From: Squalus acanthias
Lineage: Eukaryota
Length of the DNA: 64,000 nt
Assembly: GCA_030390025.1 (NCBI GenBank)
Contig: CM059449.1
Span: forward strand, 15,438,001-15,502,000
Direction of reading: 5' to 3'
Part shown: in pieces, positions 1-13,090 of the stretch
Position numbering within the stretch: the stretch's first letter is position 1
How the letters are laid out: each line of letters begins with the position of its first letter
The notes under the pieces: model-generated
Told to the model about the DNA's origin: nothing
The model's input: only the letters and a program-made list of their open reading frames with translations
Databases searched by the model: none
Program-made: the position numbers and the translations under genes

Positions 1-1929
1 CACTGGAACAAAAACGCAAAAACAAAGCGCTGCGGATTTTTAGAAATCTGAAATAAAACAGGAAATGGTGTGGAAACGCTCAGCGGGTCAGGCAGCATCT
101 GTGGAGAGAGAGGAGAAACAGAGTTAATGTTTCAGGTCGATGAGCTTTCATTAGAACTGGTTGATTTTCGAGCTGAATAGCATATAAGCAAGTACAGAGC
201 CAGGGAAATTTAAAAAAATGGTGAAATGTCTGTGGTAGGGTGGCGGGCACCCAGTGGAGGGCACGAAGTGTACTAGATTGGGACTTGTGAGATTCATGAC
301 AATATATGACTGACCACGACTTTCAACGCCAGCAACTGCATGACCATTCTTTTCGTTGGAGCCTCATCACGAGACATATTACTGGCTACACCGCCGATGA
401 TGCTATCTGATGGACTGCACTGATACATTTTTGACTGTGCCAAGATGTCTCCTTCATTTTGGTTACATGCTGGAATGAATGAACTGATTTATTCGAAATG
501 CAGCCTTTCGGTTTAGTGTACGTTGCCTGAATTTGAACCTGTAAATATATGCCTTTCCTGGAAGGGACGGAACGCTGCTTTAAAGGCATATCTCCTATTG
601 GAGATGGTAAATAGATTCTGCAAGGAGATTCGAATGACCACCTGGCGTTTCTTAACATGCACACCGAAAAAGACAACAGCAGCGCCGCATAAATAGAATC
701 TACAACAAAAACACCTGAACATTCTGCAAATAGACAGCAGGTCAGTCAGCATCTGTGGAGAGAGAATATGGGTGAACATTTCGAGCGGGAGCGTTCTTCA
801 GAATTGAAAAAAATGAGAGGGGTTGGAAAAATAGTTGCCGATACCTCAATACGCGGAGGCTAATGGGTTGGATGATCTGTTAGCTGCTCCAAACAAGAAT
901 AGGGGATTGTTAAATGCTACAAAGCATTGAAATGTTAGAAGCACGCAAACATTGCCTCAAGGGGAAAAAACACAAAATAGGCCGTCATTAAAGATCCAGT
1001 CCTGTCCCTCCAGAGCTGTGTTCCGACTAGAAGTCAACCCGCCACTTCAGAACTCTCAAAGCAACAGTAGCTTGTATCTGCATAGCACCTTCAATGTAAA
1101 AAAAATCGTCCCAAGGTGCTTCATAATGGTACAAGGAAAGATCCACGCCAAGCCAGAGAAGGAGTTCTTAGAAATGACCAAACGCTTGATGAAAGTGGCG
1201 GGTTTTAAGGAAAGTCTGAAAGGAGAAGATGGTGGAAAGGCGGAGGGGTTTAGGGAAGAGGTTCCAGAGAATGAGGCCTGTAGGGCTGAAAGCACAGCCA
1301 ATGATGGTGATGTAGAGGGGGGGAAACACAAGGTGGGAATCAGAGAAACCGAGGTCTAGGGCTGGGGGGGCTTTGTACGGATGGAGGCGCTTCGAGGCCA
1401 TGCAGGACTAGCATGTGTGTTTTTCCAACATTTCACTTTTCATTTTAGGCCCACATCTGCCGGAAGTCTCTCTTTTTTGTAAGTTCCTCCATTTTCTAAT
1501 TATCTAATGGCCCGTTGGTTTGTTTCTTGCATAACTTCCTGACTGAGATGCTCTTAAACTCGCCTGACAATCTCCTACTTTTCTATTCAGCAGGATTGTC
1601 ATTCCATTAACTTGCTCTGGAGCATCTGTCGTTTCCTCTTCTCCCTTTTGCTGATTCTATTAAGATGATTAGTTATCTTTTATCTCGGTTCTGCAGAAGA
1701 GTCCGGTACGAAATGTTCATCTCTCTTTTTATTTCTACAGATGTTGACTGCCCTGCTGTGCACTTTCAACATTTCCTGTTTATGTTTCGCAATAGCAGCA
1801 CTCCTCTGTAAGGAAGTGTAGCACTTGGATTCAAGTCAAGAATGATCGTCCTGCAGCTCGTTAAAAATCGATGTGCTTGACATAATCAGGACCATCCCTC
1901 CTCCTTCGCAAACATAGGCTTCTTATAAT

Positions 1930-2280
1930 CATAGACGTTTATGGCACAGAAGGAGGCCATTCGGCCCATCGCGTCCGTGCTATCCAGCCTAATCCCACTT
2001 TCCAACTCTTGGTCCGTAGCCTTGTAGGTTACAGCACTTCTAGTGCATATCCAAATACTTTTTAAATGCGATTAAGTTTTCTGCCTCTACCACCCTTTCA
2101 GGCAGCGAGTTCCAGATCCCCACCACCCTCTGGGTGAATACGTTTTCCTGAACTCCCCTCTAATCCTTCTACCAATTACTTTAAATCTATGCCCCCTGGT
2201 TCTTGACCTCTTCGCTAAGGGAAACAGGTCCTTCCTATCAACTCTATCTAGGCCCCTCATAATTTTATGCACCTTGATTA
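1930..2280 (-). mobile_element. CR1 LINE 3' fragment
   Basis: RGLDRVD..TRGHRFK motif and CR1 tail. Confidence 0.85.
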
Positions 2281-2649
2281 AGAGCATGTTAATCAATTAC
2301 TTGGAAAGAATTACTGTCTTGCAGCGATATTACATTAAAAGATGTCATCGATATAGACTTCAATGTAGGGGGCATTATTAAGAAGTTTGCAGATGATACA
2401 AAAATTGGCCGTTTGGTTGATAATGAGGATGAAAGCTGTAGAATGCAGGAATATATCAATCGACTGGTCAGCTGGGCAGAAAAGTGGCAAATGGAATTGG
2501 GGGTACGGTAGCATAGTGGTTATGTTACTGGCCGAGTAATTCAGGGGCCTGGACTAATGATTTGGAGACGATGAGTTCAAATCACCACCACTGCAGCTGG
2601 AGAATTTAAATTCAATTATTTAAATAAATCTGCAATAAAAAGCTAGTAT

Positions 2650-2866
2650 TGTTGTGGCTGCCGTGAAACACAAATTAAGGCCGAGTCCATGTGTGGAACA
2701 CAAAGCTTTTAATTACATCTGCCTGGTAAAATGGCTGCTAACCAACTGATCTGAAAACTCTGAGGCCACGCCCACTCCTTTTCTCCTGCCTTAAAGGCAA
2801 GGTGCCCGATTTATTGTCTACGGATGGAAAAGTGGATTGCGCCCGTTTAGGTGGCGATCCTCCACA
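2650..2866 (-). repeat. 3' LTR
   Basis: Direct repeat of 5442-5674; purine tract GGGGGGAG on the minus strand immediately inside (~2870-2880). Confidence 0.92.
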
Positions 2867-2886
2867 CAGCTCCCCCCAGAATCCAC

Positions 2887-4396
2887 TTAGGAGGTGTGGA
2901 CTAGATGGTGCGGCGGTCTGATGGGCCGGCCGGAGCGGCTGTTGTAGGATGCCGGTGGACGTGGAATGGCCGGGCGTGGAGCAGCCGGGTGAACCGGCTT
3001 GAGGGCAGGTCGGCTGCGTGGCGGTGGATGAGCTACAGGGACCTGCTCACTGGGCTCCGACTGTGCTGGCTTGAGTTGGTCAACCGACACATTTTCGGTC
3101 CTGTCGCCCACTTGCAGGGTGAAACATTTGTCCCCAGCCAGGAACAGCGCGAGGAGCTCACGGTCGAAGGTGCTGTACTTGACCTCCGGGGGGCGTAGTT
3201 GGCGGCTGAAGAAGGCAAGTGGCTGCCTGGCGCCGTCGACCCACTGCTCATACACGGCGCCGAACGCGTGTTCCGGGGCGTCCGTGGTGAGTGCTACCCT
3301 GGCATTGGGCCGTGGGTGCGCGAGCAGGGTGGCGTTGGCGAGCGCGGTCTTGGTGGAGTCGAAGGCGGCTGACGCATCTGCCGTCCATTCGACCACCATC
3401 TTGCCGCTCCTGCCCCGGAGGGCTTCATGCAGGGGCCTCATGAGGGACGCCGCTTTGGGGATGAAGTGGTTGTAGAAATTCACCATCTCGAGGAACTCCT
3501 GGAGGCCTTTGATGGTGGTGCAGCGGGGAAATTGTTGGATGGCCTGCACCTTCGTGGGCAGGGGAATGGCCCCAGCATGGGTGATGTGGTGGCCGAGGAA
3601 GTCAATCTTGTCCAGGCCCAACTGGCATTTGGCTGGGCTGAGGATGAGCCCGTGGTCGCTGAGGCACCCGAACAGGATGCGAAGGTGTTCGAGGTGTTCC
3701 TGCTTGGAGGAACTGGCTACCAGGATGTCATCCAGGTAGACGGACAGGAATTCAGGTCCTGAAGGACTGAGTCCATGAGCCGTTGGAATGCCTGGGCCAC
3801 GTTTTTGAGGCCGAAGGGCATCCGCAGGAACTTGAAAAGGCCGAAGGGGGTGATTAAGGCCGTCTTGGGGACGTCCACGGTGTGGATGGGGAATTGGTGG
3901 TAGCGGCGCACCAGGTCGACCTTGGAAAAGACTGAGCGGCCGGCCAGTCTAGCCAAGAAGTCCTTGATATTCGGCACAGGGTACCGATCAGGGGTGGTGG
4001 CGTCATTGAGGCGGCGGTAATCCCCGCAGGGGCGCCAACCCCCGCTTGGTTTGGGTGCAATGTGGAGTGGGGAGGCCTAGGGACTGTTGGAGCAGCGGAT
4101 GATGCCGAGCTGTTCCATGGTGGCAAACTTGGTCCGCGCGATCTCCAGTTTGGTCGGGTCCAGCCTGCGGGCGTGGGCGTACACTGGGGGGGCCTGTGGT
4201 GGGGATGAAGTGTTCCACTCCGTGTTTGGCGGCCTCCGCGGAGAAGGTCGGTTTAGTAAGGGCTGGGAATTCGGCCAGGAGTGCCGAGCAGTCATCCGTG
4301 GCCTGGGCGTGACACTGTGACGCCATGTCGGTGGGTTGACGGGGGGCCATGGTGGCCTAGGATTGGGGACATGGTGTTCATGTCCACGAGGCGGTG
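2887..4396 (-). pseudogene. pol: Disrupted pol (RT, partial RNase H, integrase C-terminal stub)
   Basis: FSKVDL..TPFGLF..MPFGLKN, VYLDDIL (~3725-3740), FLGH, YSTFDRELLA fused directly to ..VSVDQLKPA; stops and frameshifts. Confidence 0.88.
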
Positions 4397-5401
4397 TCAA
4401 TGGATGTCTACCAGTAGGCCGTGGGCACACAGGAAATCCGCGCCGATGAGAGGGGAGAGCACCTTGGCAGTGATGAACTCCCATCGGTAGCGGTGACCAG
4501 CAAGGTTGAGGGTGACTGTGCGGGTGCCATACGTCTGGATGTCTGAGCCGTTAGCAGCAGCCAGCGCCGGTCCTTGTTTGCCCTTTTGGATGTCGAGGGA
4601 GGAGGCCGGGATGAAGCTGTGCTGAGCTCCAGTGTCGCACAGGAACCGACGGCCGGTTTTGTCATCCATGACATACAGCAGGGAGTCCGCGTGGACCATG
4701 GCCATCGTGGGAGCTGGTACGGGGGCGGACTTGAAAGAGCAGGGAGGTGTGCACTGTTGTGCCCTGGCGCTGAACCGTGCATGGTAGTAAAAGTGGCCCG
4801 GGTTAGTGGGGCGCAAAGGCCCCGTGAGCCCGGTGGCTGGGCCTTGTGGCCGCGTGGTGGCCGGTGAGGGGTGCGCCCAGGCAGTAGCTGCCAGGTCCGG
4901 AGTGACGTCGTGGCTGGAGTGAGCAGACAGCAGCTTGTCGGCCTCATTGGCCAGGGCTTCCAGGTCCGTGAGGCCGGACACCACGATCGCTGGGCAGATG
5001 CTGAGAGGTAGCTGGCGGATGAACAGCGTGTGGAAGAGGGATCTGGGTGGGCTCTTGTCGGTGAGGGTGAGCATGTGGGAGAGGAGGTCTGACGGTGAGG
5101 CATCACCGAGGCCTGGAAGGTCGAGGAGGTGGCAGTTTCCCTGGTAGGTCGAGGCCGTAAATTTTTTAAGGAGCGCAGCCTTTAGATGTGCATACTTGTC
5201 CCCCTCTGGTGGGTTCTGCAGCGCTGTCCAGACCTTCGTAACTGTGGAGCTACTGAGTGATGTGACGAGGTAGTCGTACTTCGTCCCATCTGTGGTGATT
5301 TGTTGCAGCCGGAATCGGGACTCGGCTTGGAGAAACCAGGCTTCAGGCTGGTTTTCCCAAAACTCTGGCAGTTTCACGGAAACTGCATTCATGTCCGCCA
5401 T
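4397..5401 (-). CDS. gag: Gag plus aspartic protease ORF of the LTR element
   Basis: VKLPEFW..PEAWFLQAE N-terminus, degenerate CHCC-type knuckle (FYYHARF..AQQCTPPC), protease LCDTGAQHS. Confidence 0.88.
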   Translation of the reverse strand: MADMNAVSVKLPEFWENQPEAWFLQAESRFRLQQITTDGTKYDYLVTSLSSSTVTKVWTALQNPPEGDKYAHLKAALLKKFTASTYQGNCHLLDLPGLGDASPSDLLSHMLTLTDKSPPRSLFHTLFIRQLPLSICPAIVVSGLTDLEALANEADKLLSAHSSHDVTPDLAATAWAHPSPATTRPQGPATGLTGPLRPTNPGHFYYHARFSARAQQCTPPCSFKSAPVPAPTMAMVHADSLLYVMDDKTGRRFLCDTGAQHSFIPASSLDIQKGKQGPALAAANGSDIQTYGTRTVTLNLAGHRYRWEFITAKVLSPLIGADFLCAHGLLVDIH

Positions 5402-5426
5402 TGCAGTGCTCGGAATACGTTCTGAG

Positions 5427-5440
5427 CGTCGGGGTCACCA
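5427..5440 (-). promoter_or_regulatory. Primer binding site complementary to the tRNA-Trp 3' end
   Basis: TGGTGACCCCGACG one base inside the 5' LTR. Confidence 0.88.
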
Positions 5441-5441
5441 A

Positions 5442-5674
5442 TGTTGTGGCTGCCGCAAAACACGAATTAAGACCGAGTCCATGTGTGGAACACAAAGCTT
5501 TTAATTACATCTGCCTGGTAAAATGGCTGCTAACCAACTGATCTGAAAACTCTGAGGCCACGCCCATTCCTTTTCTCCTGCCTTAAAGGCAGCATGCCTT
5601 AAAGGCAAGGTGCCTGATTTATTGTCCACGGACGGAAAAGTGGATTGCGCCCGTTTAGGTGGCGATCCACCACA
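5442..5674 (-). repeat. 5' LTR
   Basis: Direct repeat of 2650-2866, with an extra short duplication around ccttaaaggca. Confidence 0.92.
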
Positions 5675-8309
5675 GTATCAGTAATGATAACCATGAAACT
5701 ATCAGATTGTCGTAAAAACCCATCTGGTTCACTAATGTCCTTTAGGGAAAGAAATCTGCCGTCCTTGCCTAGTCTGGCCTATATCTGACTCCAGACTCAC
5801 ATAAATGTGGTAGGCTCTTAACTGCCCTCTGAAATGGCCTAGCAAGCCAATTATTCAAAAAGGCAACTCACCACCACCTTCTCAAAGGTAATTGGGGGAT
5901 GGACAACAAATGCTGGCTTTCCCAGCATAGTCCACATCCTGTGAATAAACAAGAAAAAATCTGGAGAAGTGTGACGCAATTGGGGAGGGCTAATAAGGCA
6001 AAGGAATACACATTAAATGGTAGGTTACTGAGAAGCACAGAGGGACCTTGGAGTGTATGCCCACAGACCCCTGAAGGTAGCAGGACAGGTATAAAAGATG
6101 GTTAAGAACGTATGCGGGATGCTTTCCTTTATTACCTGAGGCATAGAATATAAGAGCAGGGAGGTTATGCTTGAACTGTATAAAACGCTAGTTAGGCCGC
6201 AGCTAGAGTACTGCGTGCCGTTCTGGTCACCATATTACAGGAAAGATGTGACTGCAGTAGAGAGCGTACAGAGGAGATTTACTAGGATGTTGCCAGGATT
6301 ACAGAATTTTAGCTATGAGGAAAGATTGGATAGGCTGGGATTGTTTTCTTTGGAACAGAAGAGACTGAGCGGAGACTTGATTGAGGTGCATAAAATTATG
6401 AGGGGCCTAGATAGAGTGGATAGGAAGGGTCTAATTCCCCTAGCAGAGTGGTCAATAACCAGGGGACATAGATTTAAAATAATTGGGAGAAAGATTAGAG
6501 GGGAGTTGAGGAGAACTTTTTTTCACCCAGAGGGTGGTGGAGGTCTGGAACTCAATGCCTGAGAGGGTGGAGGAGGCAGAAACCCTCATCACATTTAAAT
6601 AGTTCTTGGGTATACACTTGAAGTGCTGTAACCTACAAGGCTACGGACCAAGAGCAGGAAAGTGGGATTAGGCTGGTGAGTTCTTTTTAAGCCAGCACAG
6701 ACATAATGGGCCGAATGTCCCCCTTCTGTGCCGTAAAATTCTCTGATTCTAAAAGACTGAAATCCTCGCTCTATATTATCAATTTCTCTTGCTTGTCATT
6801 TTATTGGAGTCCTTGAAGTTTTTTTTAAAGTAAAAAGGTTAACATCTTCCTGAAAAGACATATACAATGGTTGCATGTGAAGGTGGTAAGTTTCCTTATA
6901 TTTTATTTGTAAATTTAAGGCCCAGGCGTAACGTCTGAATTTTAGGCAGTTGCGATGGATTTTGGTCTGTTGGTATCTTTCTTCCACGTTATGATGCTAA
7001 CTAAAAGGAGGACGGAGCTGACCACAGACTGGGATGGAGTTCACTCAGGTTTTCCTTAGCAACGTGCAGTGTCGACTCAAGTTGACGAATGGTTCTCATT
7101 GCTTAAATTAAGTGACTGCAATTAAGAAACAGCACCACACATTTTTGCAACCTAACACTTTTCTAACACATTGGATTCCAGTTATAGGTTTTGAACGAGG
7201 CTCAGTGTCTTTCATAGATTCGGCCTTTGACTCAAGTGCTTTGTTGCAGAGTTTCGTTGTTAGTGTGTATCCGGCTGAACACATGGAGCTACGTGCAGAA
7301 TAGCACACTCGGCATGAACTTTAGTAACCTGCAGATGAGCCACATTCTGCACAGAAAACAAGTCAGTGAAAAAAGAGCAACAATTCTCTCTGTAAATATT
7401 AAACGTCTGGAAAAGCAAACGCGGCCAACAGAAAAAAAGAGCTTGATTTTGGTCATTTCGATTAGATTGATACAGGAAATTTAGGGGGCAAGAGACATCT
7501 CATGAAGCTATTTACATAATTGACCCCCTGCCATCCCGCTGAAGGAGCTGAGTCACGGGTTGCCTATTGTTCCACAGGTGGTAACCCTTAGTGGCCATCT
7601 TCATCTGTGAGCCCGGACAATGATCGACGGAAGCTATTCAACTAAGGAGGGCTTCCCCTGCCGAATATTGTGCATCTGTCAATGTCAGCAGATGACAGGT
7701 TGGGCCCGGTGGTTAATTCTGGCTCAGGTATCCCATTACTTAGGCTGTAACACAGTTACTTTGGTTCTGAACCTTTACTCCCATGAGTCAACATGGAGGC
7801 ATTTTGACTTAGAAGCCCTCACCTTACTTCCCGCACGATGGAGAATGTTCACTGGTTAGTCATTGGTCAACTGGCAAGGCTGGGACCACCCCCCCCCCCG
7901 CGCTTCAAGGATAATGTAACCCATAACGGCCCAACGCCGCCTAGTTTAATATGTATTAGTATCTTTCCGTTTGGGTAGATAGTTCATATCATCAGACCGG
8001 AATTTAGGCTGTTCATCACAAAAAAACTGTTTATACTGTTGTTTGTGTTAATGCAAAGTGAAAATCAACGCATATGTAGTAATATAACTCTGAAGTTTCC
8101 CAGGACATTAACATCCTGATGTGTGAGGCTCCACATAGGAAGCCGTCTCTGACTGCTTGAAGTTCTCAAAGTGCGCATTATAAATGTAACTTCAAGAATG
8201 AAAAGTGGTGCATTTATATAGTGATTTTCAGGATTCCTGAAATGCCCTCGTCTCCTGCTCTTGTCCAAATAGAGCCAGGGCACATTTTACCTCCAGGTGA
8301 GAGGGTAGA

Positions 8310-9120
8310 AGATGTTTTGTATAGCTACAGCAAAATATCCTCCCCTCTATATTCTAGTGCTCTAGATATAAAGGATAACTTTCCATTAGCCTTTTTGATT
8401 ATTTTTTTGTACCTGGTTACTACATTTTAGTGATCTGTGTACATGGACCGCTAAACACTTTGGACCTCCGCTGTTCCTAGCTTTTCACCGTTTTGAAAAC
8501 ATTTGTATCTGTCCTGTATTGAACCAAAATGGATGACCTCACACTTACCTGCGTTGAAATCGAACAGCCACAGCTTTGCCCACTCACTTAATCTATCAAA
8601 GACTCTTTGTAATTTTATGCTCCCATCTACACTACTTACTACACCACCTATCTTTACATCTTTGGAAAATTGGATATATGGCTCTCTGTTGTGCTATCTA
8701 AGTCATTAATAAATATAGTGAATAGAAGAGGCCCCCGCGCAGATCCTTGTGGGACAATACTAGTTAATTCCTTGCAATTCGAGTATATACCCATTATCTC
8801 TACTCTCTGTCTTCCACCGTCTAACCAATCTCGTAACCAGGTCAATAATTTGCCTTCAATTCCATGAGCTATACCTTTAGCCAACAGCTTCTTATGCGTA
8901 ACCTTATCGAATGCTTTCATGAGGTCCATATAAACCACATGCATAGACAATCCCCTGTCGACTACTTTAGTTAATTCCTCAAAAAATTCAATTCGGTTCG
9001 TTAGAGATGACCTACCCTTTACAATTCCATGTTGGCGCTCTCTAATCAACTCAAATTTCTCCCAGTGCTCACTCATGCTGTCCTTATATATAGATTCTAA
9101 TAACTTCCCCACAACAACGT
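8310..9120 (-). mobile_element. CR1 LINE RT fragment
   Basis: YMDLMKAFDKV..VPQGS..LFTIFINDL. Confidence 0.88.
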
Positions 9121-10504
9121 TGCTTGATTTTCCTGCTGGGGGCATCCAAAAACCAGACTGACAATTCTACCAGTCGGTCTTTATTACAGTGGGAGGTCAG
9201 TGCTGTTTCTGATCTATTAATAGTTTGCAGTCATGTTTTATTCAACACCATGGATTTCCTTGGCATATTCAACAGATTGAATAGGGCCCAAATCAATAAT
9301 ATCTTACGATTAATGGGATGCTATCTGTGATAGTAAGACACGGTGTGCAATCTGTGATCAAGATACTATTTTCTAGCAAGAAGATTGATCATATTATGTT
9401 TTATTAATTAATTGAATCATCATTGAAACTTTTAACAAACTGTTATTTACAGATTTAATGCTTAAACAACTTTGCCAGAGACATCTTTGCAAACACCCCG
9501 AAACAGATTTGATGGATTAGATAGTTTGCAGGAGTCATGTGAAATAGCACAATCTTTACACTTTCCTCTTGTGGAGCTGTTTATACCGAATTCCTCATTG
9601 CAGTCCCTTCCAAATGCAGGTCCCATATTTTATGTTGTTTTCTTCTTCACTGTTGCATATGGTTGAAGTGTATTTTCATTCTGTTTATGTAAAAGTAATA
9701 AAACATATTACAAACTTCACCATGGAACGAAATGAAGGAAAATTTGTGAAAAATCAGAAGATCAACGCATCCATTAAAGTTGAATGAAACACAGCTGGCA
9801 AAATTCTTACCAAACATTAGACATGATTACACAAGTGCTTGGAAGTTAATATAAGGGACCGATTCTCCTATGCACTATGCTGAACGAAATTGTATTTATA
9901 CAGAATCGGTTTACTCTTTTGTTACACATAATGCTCCCCAGGTGTTATGTTATAATTCAAATGCTTAAAGCACTTCTATCAAATTTCTGTGCCTGCTACT
10001 TAAGGGAGGCACAGGACCTTTAGCATAAATGGATTAAAAAATCTCTCTTAGAGAGATTTCATACCGAATGGTTTTAAGTGTTGTTACTTCAATAACGACG
10101 TTCAATTTCTAGGCTTATAACTTAGAAATATAGGTAAGGTTTACATTTTCTCTTTATTAAAGCAAAGGAAAGCATAAAGCCAACTATTAATTCAGAAATC
10201 AGAATCCATCCGGAGCAGCACGTGATCTTTTCTGGTCACCCAATCACAGGACAAATATTATTGCCTTTGAGAAAGTTAACAGGGGCAAACAAGAAATATG
10301 GAGGGAGGGATTGAAATTTGACATGGGCAGGGACGGAAAACAGGCGGTTTTGCATGGGTCCCGTGTTATACGCTGCGCCCGATATTCAGCGCCATTGACT
10401 TCAATGGAATTGATTATCAGTCGTATGGTATAACGGCCAGCATATGCGATTCCACCTGTTTTGCGACTTCGCCAATGATCAATTTCCACCCCCCCCCCCC
10501 CCAA

Positions 10505-12735
10505 GGTGACCGAGGTCAGAGTTGAGACAGAAAAAGGAGGCTTATGACAAACGTAAGGTTCATAATACAGTCGAGAAGCAAGATGGATACAGGAAGTACA
10601 GAGCAGATCTATAAAAGTGAATAAGAGGGGCAAAGGGAGAGTATGAGAATACATGAGCGGCAACATAAAGGGAAGCCAAAAGTCTATTATAAACATATAA
10701 ATAGTAAAAGGGTAGTCAAAGGAAGGATGGGACCGATTAGGGACCAAAAAGGCAATATTCGTCATCACTATACGATAGGCACCAAGAAATCCAATAGGGG
10801 ATTTAGAAGAAGTTTCTTTACCCAGAGAATGGTGAGAATGTGGAACTCGCTACCACAGGGAGTAGTTGAAGCGAATAGTACAGATGCATTTAAGGGGAGG
10901 CTGGACAAACATGAGGGAGAGGGGAATAGAGGGTTATGCTGATAGATTTAGATGAGGAAAGACGGGAGGAGGCTCGAGTGGATCATAAACACCGGCATGG
11001 ACTGCTTGGGCCGAAAGCCCTGTTTCTGTGCCTATGTAATCCTATGTAATTCTTGCTCCGACAGAGGCATGGCTCAGGTACTAAATGAGTACTTTGCATC
11101 TGTCTTCACTAGAGAAGAGGATGCTGCCAATGTAACTGTAACGGAGGAGGTAGTGGCGATATATTTAGGATACAAATATTTTAAGAGGAGGTAGGCAGTC
11201 CTCAAAGTAGAAAGCTTACCCTGTCCAGATGGGATGCATCTTAGGTTACAGAGGAAAATATGGGCGGAAATTACAGAGGCTTTGGCCACAATCTTCCAAT
11301 CCTCCTTCGAAATGGGGGTGGTGCCAGAGGACTGGAGGATTGCAAATGTTACACCCTTGTTTAAAAAATGGTAGAGGAATAAACCCGGCAACTACTGGCC
11401 AGTCAGCCGAATGTCGGTTGTGGGGAAACTTTGAGAGACAATAATCCGGGACAAAATTTACTGGCATTTGGAAAAGTGTGGGCTCATAAATGAAGGTCAG
11501 CACGGTATTGTTGAAGAAAAATCGTGATTTGCTAACTGGATTGAATTATTTGATGAAGTAATGGAGAGGGTTGATGAGGGTAGTGCGGTTGATGTTGTGT
11601 ATATGGACTTTCAAAGTCGTTTGACAAAGTCTCACATAATAGATTGTAAGCAAAATTAAAGACCATGGGATTAAAGGGACAGTGGCAATGAAATTGGCTT
11701 AAGGACAGCAAGCAGAGGGTAGTGGTGAACGGTGGTTTTTCAGACTGGAGGGAGGTATACAGTGGTGCTCCCCAGCGGTCAGTATTGGGAACCCTGCTTT
11801 TGATATATTTTCATGACCTGAACTTGGGTATACAGGGCATCATTTCAAAGGTTGCAGATGACACAAAACTCGGAAATGAAGTAAAGAATGAGCAGGAAAC
11901 TTCAGGAGGACATAGACAGAGTGGTGAAATGGGCGGACACAAGGCAGATGAAATTTAACGCAGAGAAGCGTGAAGTGATACATTTTGGTAGGAAGGACGA
12001 GGAGAGGCAATATAAACTAAATGATAACATTTTAAAGGGAGTGCAGGAACAGAAAGACCTGGGGTTGTATGTACATAAATCTTTGAAGGTGGCGGAACAA
12101 GTTGAGAAGGGTGTTAACAAGTCTTATGGAATCGTTGGCTTTATTAAAAGAGGCAAAGATTACAAAAGCAAGGAAGTTATGCTGAACCTTTATAAAACAC
12201 TGGTTATGGCTCAGCTAGAGTGTTGTGTTCAATTCTGGGCACCACACTTTAAGAAGGATGTCAAGACCTGAGAGAGGGTGCAGAAGAGATTTACCAGAAT
12301 GGTACCATTGAGTGACTTCAGTTATGTGGACAGACTGGAGAAGCTGGGCTTGTTCTCTTTAGAGCAGAGAATGTCAAGAGAAGATTTGATAAAGGTGTTT
12401 AAGATCATGAAGGGTTTTGATAGAGTAAATAAGGATAAATTGTTTCCAGTGGCAGAAGGGTCGTTAACCAGAGGACACATATTTTAGTTGATTGGCAAAA
12501 GAACCAGAGGTGACATGAGGAAACTCTTTTTTCACCGCAAGTTGTTGTGCTCTGGAATGCACTGTCTGAAATGCAGTAACCTTCAAAAGAGAATTGGATA
12601 AACACTTGAAGGGGAAAAATACAGGACTATGGGGAACGAGCGGGGCAGTGGCACTAATTGGATAGCTCTATCAAAGAGCCGGCACAGGTACAATGGGTCG
12701 AATGGCTTTCTGTGGTGTGTCATTCTATGATTCGG
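10505..12735 (+). mobile_element. Decayed CR1 LINE (ORF2 to 3' end) with a second CR1 3' end inserted at ~10775-11050
   Basis: CR1 ORF2 motifs across several frames. Confidence 0.85.
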
Positions 12736-12839
12736 TGATTTCTTTTTTTAAGGATAAACGCTCCCCCATGCCTCAAAGGCGTGTGTCCATTGAGTAGAGG
12801 AGCTGCACAGAACAAGCAAGCAACACTTTAGTTGACATA

Positions 12840-13090
12840 AATACAGGAAATGCTGGAAATACTCAGCAGGTCAGGCAGCATCTGTGGAGAGAGAAACAGA
12901 GTTAACGTTTCAGGTCGATGACCCTTCGTCAGAACTGGAAAAAGCTGCTGGAGATCGAACAGGTTTTTAAATAAGTGCAGAGGCAGGGAAAGAGGGTAGG
13001 GGAGGAAAGAACAAAAGGGAAGGTCTGTGATAGGATGGAAGGCAGGAGAGATTAAGAGAGATTAAGAGATGGTGCAAGGCAAAAGGAGAG
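12840..13090 (-). mobile_element. Penelope-like element terminal repeat fragment with a hammerhead core
   Basis: Dispersed repeat also at ~45-200, 22846-23090, 44790-44985, 45083-45430 and 55128-55430; minus strand CTGACGA..GAAACGTT. Confidence 0.7.

Larger units (their letters stand above)
2650..5674 (-). mobile_element. Gypsy/Ty3 LTR retrotransposon (CsRN1-like), internally deleted
   Basis: TG..CA LTRs 2650-2866 and 5442-5674, TSD GTAT (2646-2649 and 5675-5678), tRNA-Trp PBS, PPT, and gag-protease-RT-RNaseH remnants. Confidence 0.93.
2499..5955 (+). mobile_element. tRNA-derived SINE split by the LTR element (2499-2649 and 5679-5955)
   Basis: The halves rejoin as aagctagtat|cagtaatg; same family at ~19081-19770, 28834-29240, 30075-30535(-) and 50128-50597(-). 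Confidence 0.85.
2350..6750 (+). mobile_element. CR1 LINE 3' fragment split by the SINE and LTR insertion (2350-2498 and ~5960-6750)
   Basis: KFADD..WQM continues after the SINE into LVRPQLEYC..QRRFTRMLPG and the CR1 3' tail. Confidence 0.85.

Noticed and set aside
6796-7484. Short ORFs and splice-like signals at 6.8-7.5 kb
   Set aside because: No recognisable domain and no consistent multi-exon frame.
9810-9870. Possible exon GESVPYINFQALV* with a YxN motif
   Set aside because: The acceptor is weak and a donor follows the stop; it cannot be placed confidently in the gene A model.
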